DNA from: Macrostomum hystrix
Taxonomy: Eukaryota; Animalia; Platyhelminthes
Assembly (NCBI GenBank): GCA_950097015.1
Contig: CATNEN010000038.1
Coordinates: 22,754,001-22,818,000 of the forward strand
Length of the DNA: 64,000 bases
Reading direction: 5' to 3'
Part shown: piece by piece, positions 28,301 through 43,300 of the stretch
Position numbering within the stretch: position 1 is the stretch's first letter
Layout: every line of letters starts with the position of its first letter
Made by a program: the position numbers and the translations under genes
The notes under the pieces: generated by a model
What the model was told of the DNA's origin: nothing
Seen by the model: the letters and a program-made list of their open reading frames with translations, nothing else
Database searches by the model: none

Positions 28301-31300
28301 GCCAGCCCTGCCCGGCTAATTCTCAGTCGGCCAGTCAAGCCGCTGCCGTGTGTCCCTGTTTGGCCGGATATTTCAGAAATACCGCAACCGACGGACCTGA
28401 GACTGCGTGTACAAGTAAGTTTGAGTCTGCTTTTTAGGGGATTTAGACCAGTAGGTGGATAGTTTGAAGTTCATATTTAGATTTCTGGGATTTTAATGTC
28501 TTGGGATTGGGATTTTAGGGATTTAGATATCATGGGATTTGGATTTAAGGGATTAAAATATCTTGGGATTCGAGTTTTTGGGATTTAGATAACGTGAGAT
28601 TCCGTTTTTTGGGGATTTTGATATCATAGGATTCAGTTTGTTGGGATTTAGATATCTTGGGATTCCGTTTTTGGGATTTAGATATCGTGGGATTTGGATT
28701 TAAGGGATTAAAATATCTTGGGATTCAGTTTGTTGGGATTTAGATAACTTGGGATTCCGTTTTTTGGGATTTAGATATCGTGGGATTCAGTTTGTTGGGA
28801 TTTAGATAACTTGGGATTCCGTTTTTTGGGATTTAGATATCGTGGGATTCAGTTTGTTGGGATTTAGATAACTTGGGATTCCGTTTTTTGGGATTTAGAT
28901 ATGGATTTGGATTAAAATATCTTGGGATTCGAGTTTTTTGGATTTAGATATCGTGGGATTCAGTTTGTTGGGATTTAGATAACTTGGGATTCAGTTTGTT
29001 GGGATTTAGATAACTTGGGATTCGAGTTTTAGGGATTTAAATATCGTGGGATTCGAGTTGTTGGGATTTATATATAGTCGGATTTGGATTTTAGGGATTA
29101 AATATATCGTGGGATTACAGTTTCGATTCGATTCGATTTATTACAAATTCCTTTATTTGAAATTTTCGTCATTAAATCAGTGTCAAATACGAATATAAAA
29201 CTAATGCTCGGGAAACAGACAATTCACAGTTAACACCTGCATATAAAGTACAATTATTTCCTTATATACGGAATTATAGAGAAGCCCAATTTCTAATAAA
29301 GCCAGTACTAGCTGAAGCTACATTGTATTGGCAATGTGCCCAAAATTATTCACTCTTTTTCGCTTTTTTTCTTCCTAAATTTCTACGCGTACTTAAGAGA
29401 GGCATCGGAAGAGAGAATAGGCAGTGTTCTCAAGGTGTGAGTCACAATGGTTTCACGCCCTCCCGCCTGCCCGCCTCACTAAGTCTTCCCAATTCCCACT
29501 ACTCTGCTCCCAGTTCCTAAGCCGCACCGTTTTTTTGGTGTTGGTGGGGTGTGTGAGCAGTTGTTCCCAGGGAGCTGTTTTTGGGGTGAGAAATCAACTA
29601 AAAGAATCATTTTTTCTTGTTATTCTTTGGACAGTTTTTTTGCCTTTTACTTTCACATTTTTCTGGAACCAACAGAAATGTTTCTCTTTTTTCTATTAGA
29701 AGAAACTTTTCATATTATACGGCTTCTTAATCTCAACGGAACTCAAATTTTCTTTGTCGGTGAATATTTAAGAATTTGAATTGCAGACTTTAGAACTACA
29801 CCATTTTTTACCGCTTACATGAAAATGAATTCTTTACAAAAGAGGCATTGGCAGAACACATTTAACAAAAATTTAGTACCTCCTATGATAATTAGAACTA
29901 AAAACTCCGCTTTCACCATTCCGCCTACCGCCTTATCCCAAATTCCGAAAAATATAGCGAATCCTAATTTATCCCAAATCCCAAAAAGAATATAAAATCC
30001 GAATTTATCCCCAAATCATGAGTTGATTATCGAAGCGTAATTTATCCCAAATCCTAAGTTGAATATCGAATCCTTATTTATCCCAAAACCCCAAAAGAAT
30101 ATAAAATCCCTATTTATCCCAAATCCCCAAAATAATCTAAAATCCCAATTTATCCGCAAATCTTGAGTAGAATATCGAATCCCAACTCATCACTTATCCC
30201 AAGTGCGCTTTCGTATCCCACATTATCCCAAATCCTAAGTTGAATATCGAATCCTAATTTATCCCATAATTTTAAATAGAATATCGAATCCCAAGTTATC
30301 CCAAACTCCTTAAAACTTCGCGGTTGTTTATTTATTATATGCAATTCAGGAAAAAATCAGAAAAATGAATTCATAAATAATAAATTTCTTACTCTGAAGC
30401 TATAGACTTAGTCTAGTTAATCGCAAATCACTTGCAATCGCATAGGAAAGAAGTGATTTGTGTTTTGTGTTTACCTCCAAGCTTAAAATTGAGAAACCGT
30501 GCGCAAGGCCCCATTAATCGACAACTGGTAGCTTTCTCACACAACTCTCACTCGATGTGTCACACGCGCTCACAGAGAGAAAGAGAACGGCTTCTGCTTC
30601 TAGTCTTCTTTAGAACAAAGAAGACCAATTCTCTGAGACCATGTCAGATTTTTTGTTGCCTGTAGCTCCAATTTCTAATTCTTCTAGGAATGAAAATTAA
30701 TCCCAAGTTTTCTGCATCTGGGTTGAATTTTAAGATTTCAGGGAAAGGAACAAAACTCTGAGAAGCTTAATAAAGCAAAATATTCTGACGTCTCACAATT
30801 TCTTTGTCTTTTTATTTAAAAAGCAGTTTTTTTTCTTCAGCTTTTCTTACGATTGGACAATAGTACTGATTTGCGCGAAGATTAAATTCTTTTTTTATGA
30901 CACACCCTATAGAGTCTAGACTAGCTGACAGATTATTCAAATGAACTGATTGCCTATTTTTATTCCTTTTGTAGTGATTTAATTTTTAACTTCCATGTTT
31001 TCCCTTTTTTGCTCTCTTTCTCCTTCTGTCACTCTCCACTGTCAGTCTCCCTCTATCACTCTCCGTCTGTCACTCTCCTCTGTCACTCTTCCTCTGTCAC
31101 TCTCCCCTGTCAGTCTCCCTCTGTCACTCTCTCTCTGTCACTCTCCTCTGTCACTCTCCCTCTGTCACTCCCTCGGTCACTCTCCTTCTGTCACTCTCCA
31201 CTGTCAGTCTCCCTCTATCACTCTCCGTCTGTCACTCTCCTCTGTCACTCTCCGTCTGTCACTCTCCCACTGTCAGTCTCCCTCTATCACTCTCCGTCTG

Positions 31301-34300
31301 TCACTCTCCTCTGTCACTCTCCCTCGGTCACTCTCCTTCTGTCACTCTCCACTGTCAGTCTCCCTCTATCACTCTCCGTCTGTCACTCTCCTCTGTCACT
31401 CTCCTCTGTCACTCTCCGTCTGTCACTCTCCCACTGTCAGTCTCCCTCTATCACTCTCCGTCTGTCACTCTCTCTGTCACTCTCCCTCGGTCACTCTCCT
31501 TCTGTCACTCTCCACTGTCAGTCTCCCTCTATCACTCTCCGTCTGTCACTCTCCTCTGTCACTCTCCCTCGGTCACTCTCCTTCTGTCACTCTCCACTGT
31601 CAGTCTCCCTCTATCACTCTCCGTCTGTCACTCTCCTCTGTCACTCTCCCTCGGTCACTCTCCTTCTGTCACTCTCCACTGTCAGTCTCCCTCTATCACT
31701 CTCTCTCTCTGTCACTCTCCCCTGTCAGTCTCTCTGTCATGATCTACACACGTTTAAATTTAACAGTTAAAAATAATAAAAATTGGCCTCTAATCAATTT
31801 CTCTTGCCATTTATCGATCGCGTCAAGCAATTCCTCCTTCCCTCCCTTCACCACTTCTCCTTGGCACGGGCAATAAATTTTATAAATTATATATCAATAG
31901 ACTGTCTGTCTGACTGACAGTTATATAAAAAAATCATTTAGTCAGCTCTCAACCGCTGCTCTCGGTGCTAATGCAGCCAAAGTTTTCAGTTTTTGAAATG
32001 TGTCAAAAACCGTTTTATGTATTTTTCACACTTCCCTTCTCATACGCGCTTACGATTTTAAACTTCGTCCAGCAATGCCATAGTGAGGCAGTCATTATTC
32101 TTAACCCTAGTCTCGGCTAAATAGATTAATCCATTTTATTAAACGGTTCTGTACTGGAAAAACTGTTTTTTATAACAATATTATAAAGTAATTAGTGGAT
32201 TAAGATAATAATCGAAAGCTGTTATGCTTATCATCATTTACTCAGCTCCCTTAGGATTGCATAGACACTGTGACCACACTTTACACTTCGAAAATTTTCT
32301 GTAGGTCCCTACAACACTGAAATTTTCTCTGTGGGTCAGTTTGCAGGTCCCTACAACCCTCTAAAGTAACTATCAGGTCGTTTGTAGGTCCCTACAACCC
32401 TCTAAAGTAACTATCAGGTCGTTTGTAGGTCCCTACAACCCTCTAAAGTAACTATCATGTCGTTTGTAGGTCCCTACAACCCTTTAAAGTAACTATCAGG
32501 TCGTTTGTAGGTCCCTACAACCCTCTAAAGTAACTGTCAGGTCGTTTGTAGGTCCCTACAACCCTCTAAAGTTAACTATCAAGTCGTTTGTAGGTCCCTA
32601 CAACCCTCTAAAGTAACTGTCAGGTCGTTTGTAGGTCCCTACAACCCTCTAAAGTAACTATCAGGTCGTTTGTAGGTCCCTACAACCCTCTAAAGTAACT
32701 ATCAGGTCGTTTGTAGGTCCCTACAACCCTCTAAAGTAACTATCATGTCGTTTGTAGGTCCCTACAACCCCCTAAAGTAACTGTCAGGTCGTTTGTAGGT
32801 CCCTACAACCCTCTAAAGTAACTGTCAGGTCGTTTGTAGGTCCCTACAACCCTCTAAAGTAACTATCAGGTCGTTTGTAGGTCCCTACAACCATCAAAGC
32901 ACACTCTTAGGTCATTTGAAAGTCCCTGAAACCTTGTTTTACTACCAACAATCACTCTCTGCTTTTGCTCCCAGTTTACAAAAAAATTAATTGAAATTTT
33001 TCACTATTTGACTGATCACAAATGAAAAACTAGAGAAAATTGTGAAACTAGATGGTTACAAACTGTGTTTTTATCTCTAGAAATGATTTTTCTTTACGGA
33101 TTCAATCTCCAAGTCTAAGTTGCAGACTTAAGCTCGTATACAGTAAAAAACTATATTGTCCTTTTTAAAATTGAGTGAAACGAAAAACTTGGGTAAGAAT
33201 TTTTTTAGTTTTTTTCTTTCTCGACTTTCCTGGGAACAAAAAGTTTTAGATGACTGGCCAAGGCTGGCTAGCGAAAGATGTCGCTGACAATGTAAACCAA
33301 AGGCGAAACAGTTTATACAATAGCTAAAAGCAAGGCCACATTTCTGCTTCTAGTAGAAGACTAAGCAATGCGATTGACCGATTTCAATTCGGGAACAATC
33401 TAAATCGGCCAGTTTTAAAGGCCGACTAAATCATTTTTTTGCGAAAGACATTCCTCAGTCTGTGGGATATTTTTTCTCCCGCTAGATGGTGTAATTTTTT
33501 AACTTGCTGGAATGCAAGAACATTGGTATTATTATTTAGAAGATTTTTCCCAGCGGTTGTGCTAAAGAACAGATTCGGCATGTCGCGTTAAACTTTTGCA
33601 GAGGACTTCTAAATCGTTTAATATCGATCCTAAACAGTTTAATATCGATCCTAAACAGTTTAATATCGATCCTAAACTGTTTAATATCGATCCTAAACAG
33701 TTTAATATCGATCCTAAACAGTTTAATATCGATCCTAAACCGCTTAAAAGCAATATTTTTTCGTTAAATACCGATCCTTTATCGTTAAAAATCTATCCTT
33801 TATCGTTAAAAATCTATCCTTAATCGTTAAAAAATCTATCCCTTGTCTTTAAACACCAATCCTTAATCGTTTAACACCAATCCTTAATCGTTTAACACCG
33901 ATCCTTAATCGTTAAATACCGATCCTTAATCGTTTAACACCAATCCTTAATCGTTTAACACCGATCCTTAATCGTTAAATACCGATCCTTAATCGTTAAA
34001 TACCGATCCTTAATCGTTTAACACCAATCCTTAATCGTTTAACACCGATCCTTAATCGTTAAATACCGATCCTTAATCGTTAAATACCGATCCTTAATCG
34101 TTAAATACCGATCCTTAATCGTTAAATACCGATCCTTAATCGTTAAATACCGATCCTTAATCGTTAAATACCGATCCTTATTCGTTAAATACCGATCCTT
34201 AATCGTTAAATACCGATCCTTAATCGTTAAATACCGATCCTTAATCGTTAAATATCGATCCTTAATAGTTGAATATTTATCTTAAACCGCTAAATAGTGT

Positions 34301-37300
34301 TGGCAATATCGTTAAATGTTGAAGCTTAGAATAAAAGAGTTAATTAATGTTTTTATTTAACAAAAATGAACCATGTACTTTTATTTTAGTGCTTGGTACA
34401 TCTCTATTACTAGTTCACACTACTCTATTATTCTCCCCAGAACTCATCAACTCTTCTCTTTCTCTATCGCCTGAGTCGCAGCTCAAAAGTATTTCTGTCA
34501 GCGTCATCTGCCAAATCCACTTATGACGTACGTGTGGAAAAAAATAGAGAGAATTATACTGCTCACACCTTTTGTGCTCAAACACTTCTCTGGCTGCGCG
34601 TGCACTCAATGCTAAACTTTTCACTTTGTCAGGTAGGAAGATGCAGTTTACTATTATTTAAACGCCAATTGTGGAGACCATGCCAGCACTTCTGTGGTGC
34701 CATTAACAATGCGTTTTAGTTGCTGGGTTAGAAATCTCTCAGTATAGTTTTTTTTCCCACAATGCGGCAACTTATGATGATTTTAATTATTCATTGATTC
34801 GGAAACTGATAAGAAGCGAAATGTCAGGCGAGAAGAATATAATTTATATACTCGTAAATTAATAACCTAATGCGCATCAACATTAGTACTAGCTAAGCTA
34901 TATCACTTAAACGAAAAGTTGACTTTACCAACTCAGCCGATATGTTTCGAAATAAAGAATGCTATTGTTTGGTTTCCAAAAAGTCCCATCTGGCCCAGAT
35001 GTGCAGCCGACAGTCGCAGCTAAACTGAAGACTGTGTACGGATGTTCAGTCCATGGACTGGGGGGACGCCAAACTCACCCTAAATTAACCCCAGCTGATA
35101 ATTCTTTTGTTAAATATACTAGTTCCTTTGTTGGTTTCGTTACTTCGCCTAATTTCTAAATCGTTAGATATTGTTAGCGATCGTTAAGTATCGATCGTTA
35201 ATCGTTAATGCTTTATTTGTTGGTTTGGACCCAAATTGTTACAGTACGAGCGTAAATGGCATATTTAGACTAGCTAGCCGATATGTATCGAAAATTACTA
35301 CTATTATATTTGACTATTCGTTTTTTACCGATATGTATCGAAAAATGTAACTGAGGTACATTTTCTAGAAGAATGTAGTGACTCGTAAGTGTAAAATATA
35401 GAACGAGAAAGAGATATCATTCTTTACGGCAAGCTATAAATCTGCCAGCTCTTGTCCTTAAGCCTCTGGAGCATAAATGCTTTGATACCAATTTTTGTAC
35501 TTCTAGACTGACTCTAGAAGTATTACATAGAAAGATTGGATCTATACTGAGAACACTGAGACATCAGCAGCGGCAGATTGCCTTGAAGGAAAGCTCCGAT
35601 TCACCAATGTTGAGTTACTGATTGCTTAACTGTTTTCATCGTCCTTCCTGCCAACAGCGGGAAAATTCCCCCCATCTCTCATAGTCAACTCTAATCCAAT
35701 CCCTAGACTCAAGAATTTCCGCTCTGGTTGGGGTGGAGGATTTTCGCCGCCATATTTTATTTCTTCCCTAGCGAGGACTCCAATAGAACATCAATGCAAT
35801 GGGCTTCTAGATCTACTACAGGAGTCGGCAAACTTATTAGCTGGCGGGCCAAAGAGAGAATCTAAAAGACGACAGCGGGCCGCTTTGATTATAGAAATAT
35901 GATATAAGGGCGAGAAAGGACACGGGAGAGATGAGACACGGGAGAGATGAGACACGGGAGAGATGAGACACGGGAGAGATGAGACACGGGAGAGATGAGA
36001 AACGGGAGAGATGAGACACGGGAGAGATGAGACACGGGAGAGATGAGAAACGGGAGAGATGAGACACGGGAGAGATGAGACACGGGAGAGATGAGACACA
36101 GGAGAGATGAGAAACGGGAGAGATGAGACACGGGATAGATGAGACACGGGATAGATGAGACACGGGAGAGATGAGACACGGGAGAGATGAGACACGGGAG
36201 AGATGAGACACGGGATAGATGAGACACGGGAGAGATGAGACACGGGAGAGATGAGACACGGGAGAGATGAGACACGGGATAGATGAGACACGGGAGAGAT
36301 GAGACACGGGAGAGATGAGACACGGGAGAGATGAGACACGGGATAGATGAGACACGGGAGAGATGAGACACGGGAGAGATGAGACACGGGAGAGATGAGA
36401 AACGGGAGAGATGAGGCACGGGAGAGATGAGGCACGGGAGAGATGAGACACGGGAGAGATGAGACACGGGATAGATGAGACACGGGAGAGATGAGACACG
36501 GGAGAGATGAGACACGGGATAGATGAGACACGGGAGAGATGAGACACGGGATAGATGAGACACGGGAGAGATGAGACACGGGAGAGATGAGACAGGATAC
36601 TATAGGTGTTGGAAGGGGCAACGGGCCGGATTTGGGAGCTTCTGGGGCCGCATCTGGCCCGCGGGCCGGAGTTTGCCGACCCCTGATCTAGTAGATTGTA
36701 CGCTAGTAGATAATGCTATGCGCAACGAAAATTAAGGCAGTTTTTTGCACTGCAACAATTTGATTTTCTGTATAGAAAAAAGTTTGTTTTGTTACGAGGT
36801 TGGCCCTCGAGCTCAAGGACATTCTGCCACCTCTGCCATTCACCCACCGGGAATTTTTAAGCTTTCTAATAAAAACTTTCCAATGAAATTTGGTTGTAGC
36901 CTAGTGGTTTGAGCGTCGGACTCGCGACTTGAAGTTCGGGGGCTCGAATCTTGACTCCAACTGAAACAATATTTTCATTTAGCAAGACAATTAATTTTAC
37001 TCTGCATTGCTTCAGTTCACCCAGCTGTCAAATGGGTGCCAGTATTAGCTGAGCTAATTGAGGGTGGGTGCGGCGTCCCCCCAGTCCATGGACTGAACAG
37101 CCGTAAGCAGCCTTCAGATGTAGGTCACTGGAATTTCCTATCTACCCAATCTAAATGTTGTCCAGCCAGTCAGCCTAAAATAATGGATTAGGGTTCCACA
37201 TTGGGAGCAGAGAATGATGAAACAAAAGACGCTAGGAACTGAGGAAACCCAGATAGACAGATTGGCGCCATAACTACTAACAATGCCCCTAAGTATCTCT

Positions 37301-40300
37301 AGCCCATTAGTAATTTTCCGATTTTCTTTCAACATCTATTCTACATATTATATGTGAAGTAATAAACTAGACATTTAAGATCCTATAGGATCTAATAACA
37401 TATGGCGACATAATCGATTGTGTTTTTAGCTATGAAGATGTTGCAATCAATTTTGCTCCAGGGCTAAATCTTCTAGTTATAGATGATAGCTAAAACACAG
37501 TCGCAATGGTGGGCCCTTTAAGTTAAGTGTTTCAACAGATTTTAGGCCTTAGAGATGAGACTGCTGCTAAGAAATATAGCCCTAGGGTAGGTTTTAATAG
37601 CTCTCTTATTGTCCTTCTAGATTGAGAATTGGGTAAGTTGAGCTTTTTGCTGACCTAATAAATATATTGTGAAATATTTATAACTTGATATTTTCAATAT
37701 TGAGGAAGAGATTGGGAGAGAAAGATCAGAGAGATTGGGGAAGAAAGATCAGAGAGATTGGGGAAGAAAGATCAGAGAGATTGGGGAAGAAAGATCAGAG
37801 AGATTGGGGAAGAAAGATCAGAGAGATTGGGGAAGAAAGATCAGAGAGATTGGGGAAGAAAGATCAGAGAGATTGGGGTAGAAAGATCAGAGATTGGGGA
37901 AGAAAGATCAGAGAGATTGGGGAAGAAAGATCAGAGAGATTGGGGAAGAAAGATCAGAGAGATTGGGGAAGAAAGATCAGAGATTGGGGAAGAAAGATCA
38001 GAGAGATTGGGGAAGAAAGATCAGAGAGATTGGGGAAGAAAGATCAGAGAGATTGGGGAAGAAAGATCAGAGAGATTGGGGAAGAAAGATCAGAGAGATT
38101 GGGGAAGAAAGATCAGAGAGATTGGGGAAGAAAGATCAGAGATTGGGGAAGAAAGATCAGAGAGATTGGGGAAGAAAGATCAGAGAGATTGGGGAAGAAA
38201 GATCAGAGATTGGGGAAGAAAGATCAGAGAGATTGGGGAAGAAAGATCAGAGATTGTGGAAGAAAGATGAAAAAACTCGGGGGAAAACGATACAAGATAT
38301 TAGGGAAAAACGAAAAGCGAGATTATCGATTTTGGGAAAAGAGATCATAGTTTAGGATCGACTAGCCAATAAGCGAGTACAATTGGGCGTTTCAGACACC
38401 CCAATTCTTAAATTATTGCTTTCTGAATGAGATCCATTTCGACTGAACTTCAAACCCTTGAAGAAAACTTTGGCTCCACTTCAGCTCTCGAGTTCATTGT
38501 CTTTCTCCTCACAAGTTTCTGGCGTGAATTAATTTCACTATTGAATGGTAAAATTTGAGAATCGAGATATAACCGACTTAATTAGTGCAGAATTAATGAA
38601 AGCGTGCGCTTTGAAAACAAAGGACCAAAACTAAACACCTAGTTGAGACAGACAATGAGAATTAAAAAAGTTAGAACTTCAATACTCAATACATTTCTGA
38701 TTATTATTGAGTTGGCTATTGACGAAGCAGGAACGAATGTGTTAACAAAGATCCCAAAATGACGTCATCATTTTTTCTCAATCAAGGCATACTCTCCCAG
38801 ATCCCAAAATGACATCCTCTCCCAGATCCCAAAATGGCATCCTCTCCCAGATCCCAAAATGACATCCTCACCCAGATCCCAAAATGGCATCCTCTCCCAG
38901 ATCCCAAAATGGCATCCTCTCCCAGATCCCAAAATGGCATCCTCTCCCAGATCCCAAAATGGCATCCTCTCCCAGATCCCAAAATGACATCCTCTCCCAG
39001 ATCCCAAAATTACATCCTCTCTCAGATCCCAAAATGATATCCTCTCCCAGATCCCAAAATGGCATCCTCTCCCAGATCCCAAAATGGCATCCTCTCCCAG
39101 ATCCCAAAATGACATCCTCTCCCAGATCCCAAAATGACATCCTCTCCCAGATCCCAAAATTACATCCTCTCTCAGATCCCAAAATGACATCCTCTCCCAG
39201 ATCCCAAAATGGCATCCTCTCCCAGATCCCAAAATGACATCCTCTCTCAGATCCCAAAATGATATCCTCTCCCAGATCCCAAAATGGCATCCTCTCCCAG
39301 ATCCCAAAATGGCATCCTCTCCCAGATCCCAAAATGACACCCTCTCCCAGATACCAAAATTGCAACCTTCTAAAATCCCAAAGTGACATTTTCTTGTGGT
39401 TCTAAAATTAAATTTTACTATTGAACCTCGAATCATTCATTAAAGCTACGCGCTAGGACCTTAAATAGTTTGCATGCACTAGACTGGGACTGAGCTGTGT
39501 TATTTTTGTGGAGGTATCTTTCAATAGCTAATAATTTCCATAAATTCCGCAGTTTTTATTGTTCAAACAATCATTCAGTTGGTTGTAAATCATTTCTTCT
39601 GCTGAAGAAAGCGCAAATTTCAAATTCAAGACCTACTGCAGTCCATTCACTCCAAAAAAAAAGAAATTGTTTTTAAAATCCCACTGGGGATGATTTTTTC
39701 TTTTAACTCGTTTGCCCCAGCAGCGAAGGTGATTTATTAGGTAAAAAGTCACATATGAGTCACATTCACCACATGCGACCTTTCTTCTGTCCAATGTTTA
39801 TTTAAATAAAAAAAAATGTAAGTTTAAAACGAGCCATTAAAATTGATGTACATAAATTATTGTACATAAGCTAATGTACGCAGACGTACGCTTATTATGT
39901 ACATAAACAAATGTACACTTATTATGTACATAAACAAATGTACACTTATTATGTACATAAACAGATGTACATTTATTATATACATAGACAAGATGTGTGC
40001 TTCTAATGTACATTGCGAATGTACATCGGGCCTATGTACAAGTTTTAAGAACACATGGAATGGAAAATCATGAAAATATTATTTAAACTAAAATTCTACA
40101 ATCCACAGAGCCGCCTAGCGCCCCTAGAGACGCATCAGTGATTGAGAACAGTCAGAGTAGGGTTGTTTTAAACTGGTCGCCGCCTGAGAACACCGGCGGT
40201 AGAAACGACACTCGCTACAATGTCCAATGCGTCGATTGCGACGCCGCGCTAAGCGGCAAGTTGATCTTCGAGCCGTCGAAAACGCTGACAGATCGGCACG

Positions 40301-43300
40301 TCACAATCCGGGGCCTCCAACCGTTGACAACTTACAATTTTAAAATATTCGCCATTAATGGCGTCTCGGAAGTTGCCATGGCAACCCAGCTTGCTTGGAA
40401 GTCGGTCACATTTCGCACAGGAGCTGCGGGTGAGTTTAAAAAAGGAAATATTTAACATTTTCAGAGAGAATGAGAATAAGTATAGATATTTTGTGAGTAG
40501 ATATAAATAGATTAGGAATAGGTCTAAAGAGATCTAAAAGAGTAGTACTCTAATACTCTAGTACTCTAATACTCTAAAGAGATTTAGAGTAGATATGGAG
40601 GATTGAGAGTACATATAAAGAGATTGAGAGTAGATATAGAGGGATTGAGAGTAGATAAAGAGATATTGAGAGTAGATAAAGAGATATTGAGAGTAGATAT
40701 TGAGAGATTGAGAGTAGATATAGAGGGATTGAGAGTAGATAAAGAGAGATTGAGAGTACATATAAAGAGATTGCGAGTAGATATAGAGGGATTGAGAGTA
40801 GATATAAAGAGATCGAGAGTAGATATAGAGGGATTGAGAGTAGATATAGAGGGATTGAGAGTAGATATAAAGAGATTGAGAGTAGATATAGAGGGATTGA
40901 GAGTAGATATAGAGGGATTGAGAGTACATATAAAGAGATTGCGAGTAGATATAGAGGGATTGAGAGTAGATATAGAGAGATTGAGAGTAGATATTGAGAG
41001 ATTGAGAGTAGATATAGAGGGATTGAGAGTAGATATAGAGGGATTGAGAGTAGATATAGAGAGATTGAGAGTAGATATTGAGAGATTGAGAGTAGATATA
41101 GAGAGATTGAGAGTAGATATAGAGAGATTGAGAAAATCTTATCGGTATTTAGAATAGATTTAGATAGAAACATATCAGAAATCTACGTAAAGAGATTAAG
41201 AACAATTTCTATTACACTTAAATATAAGTAGAGAAAGATAAATGTGTGACCAGTTGAACACTGCCTCCCACCCCATCCGCAGCCCCCAGCAGGCCTAGCT
41301 CAATCACAGTCAAGATTGAGAGCGGCACCTCGGTGCGAGTCAGCTGGTCCAGTAGCGACCTCGGCGGCGGCGTAATCGATGAGTACGAAATCAAGATCTT
41401 TCCACAGCTGGAGCCGACAAAGACTATCTTTTATTTCTCCAGAGTTGAGCAGTACTTAATTGATAAGCTGACTCAGGGTGTCACATACCTGCTTCAGGTG
41501 AGCTATGGATATTATTAATCTGTGCTCAAATGATCTCACTGTCTACCTCTCTCTAACGTACTGCAGAGAGATATGAGATGTATAATGAGAGTGGTAGAGT
41601 GAGATCGAGAGAGGTAGACTGATAAGGAGAGTGGTAGACTGAGAAGGAGAGTGGTAGACTGAGAAGGAGAGTGGTAGACTGAGAAGGAGAGTGGTAGACT
41701 GAGAAGGAGAGTGGTAGACTGAGAAGGAGAGTGGTAGACTGAGAAGGAGAGAGGTAGACTGAGAAGGAGAGTGGTAGACTGAGAAGGAGAGTGGTAGACT
41801 GAGAAGGAGAGAGGTAGACTGAGAAGGAGAGAGGTAGACTGAGAAGGAGAGTGGTAGACTGAGAAGGAGAGAGGTAGACTGAGAAGGAGAGAGGTAGACT
41901 GAGAAGGAGAGTGGTAGGAAAAAGTCTGTCTCCAAAAAACGGTAGCCAGGGAAGCTACATACTCGCTAATCAATCAACTTTGAGCAACTAATTTTCGCAT
42001 TCACAGATTCGAGCTCGAAACGCCTACGGCTGGGGAGAGTACAGTGACGCAGTCTCAATCAACACTGTGGTTCCATCGAGGCGTAAGTCTAATTTAAATT
42101 TGTAAAGATATAGAGTGAATGAGACTAGATATAGAGAGAATGAGACTAGATATAAATAGAATAGGACTAGATATAAACAGAATGGGACTAGATATTGAGA
42201 GAATGGGACTAGATATAGAGAGAATGAGACTAGATATAGAGAGAATGCGACTAGATATAGAGAGAATGAGACTAGATATAGAGAGAATGAGACTAGATAT
42301 ATAGAGAATGAGACTAGATATTGAGAGAATGAGACTAGATATAGAGAGAATGAGACTAGATATAGAGAGAATGAGACTAAATATAGTGAGAATGGGACTA
42401 GGTATAGAGAGAATGAGACTAGATATAGAGAGAATGGGACTAGATATAGAGAGAATGAGACTAGATATAGAGAGAATGCGACTAGATATAGAGAGAATGA
42501 GACTAGATATAGAGAGAATGAGACTAGATATATAGAGAATGAGACTAGATATTGAGAGAATGAGACTAGATATAGAGAGAATGAGACTAGATATAGAGAG
42601 AATGAGACTAAATATAGTGAGAATGGGACTAGATATAGAGAGAATGAGACTAGATATAGAGAGAATGGGACTAGATATAGAGAGAATTAGACTAGATATT
42701 GAGAGAATGAGACTAGATATAGAGATAATGAAAGTAGATATTGAGAGAATGAGACTAGATATAGAGAGAATGAGAATTTTTATAGAATATTTCCTATAGA
42801 ATATTTTTTATAGAATACCCTATTGACTTAATAGGGTATAAATATAGTAGAATTATAAAGAAAATGTGTGTGTGACCCGTTGAACACTGCCTCCCACCCC
42901 ATCCGCAGCCCCCAGCAGGCCTAGCTCAATCACTGTCAAGATTGAGAGCGGCACCTCGGCGCGAGTCAGCTGGCCCAGTAGCGACCTCGGCGGCGGCGTA
43001 ATCGATGAGTACGAAATCAAGATCTTTCCGCAGCTGGAGCCGACAAAGACTATATTTTATTTCTCCAGAGTTCATGAGTACTTCATTGATAAGCTGACTC
43101 AGGGTGTCACCTATCTGTTACAGGTGAGTTCTGGTGCTCAAAAGCTTTCACTGTCTCCCCTCTCCTCCCCACTGGCTCCCTCTCTACCCCACTGTCTCCC
43201 TCTCTCTTCTCTCCACTGTCTCCCCTCTCTACCCCACTGTCTCCCTCTCTACCCCACTGTCTCCCTCTCTACCCCACTGTCTCCCTCTCTACCCCACTGT

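Noticed and set aside
32340-32891. CRISPR array
   Set aside because: Palindromic repeat, but the intervening sequence is constant rather than unique spacers; no cas genes; eukaryotic intron.
36895-36965. tRNA gene
   Set aside because: A and B boxes are present but there is no acceptor stem, and the sequence continues into a SINE body found elsewhere in the window.
40558-42799. Coiled-coil-like heptad ORFs ([14 protein letters not shown])
   Set aside because: 21-bp minisatellites inside Eph introns bounded by phase-compatible exons; in-frame stops occur.
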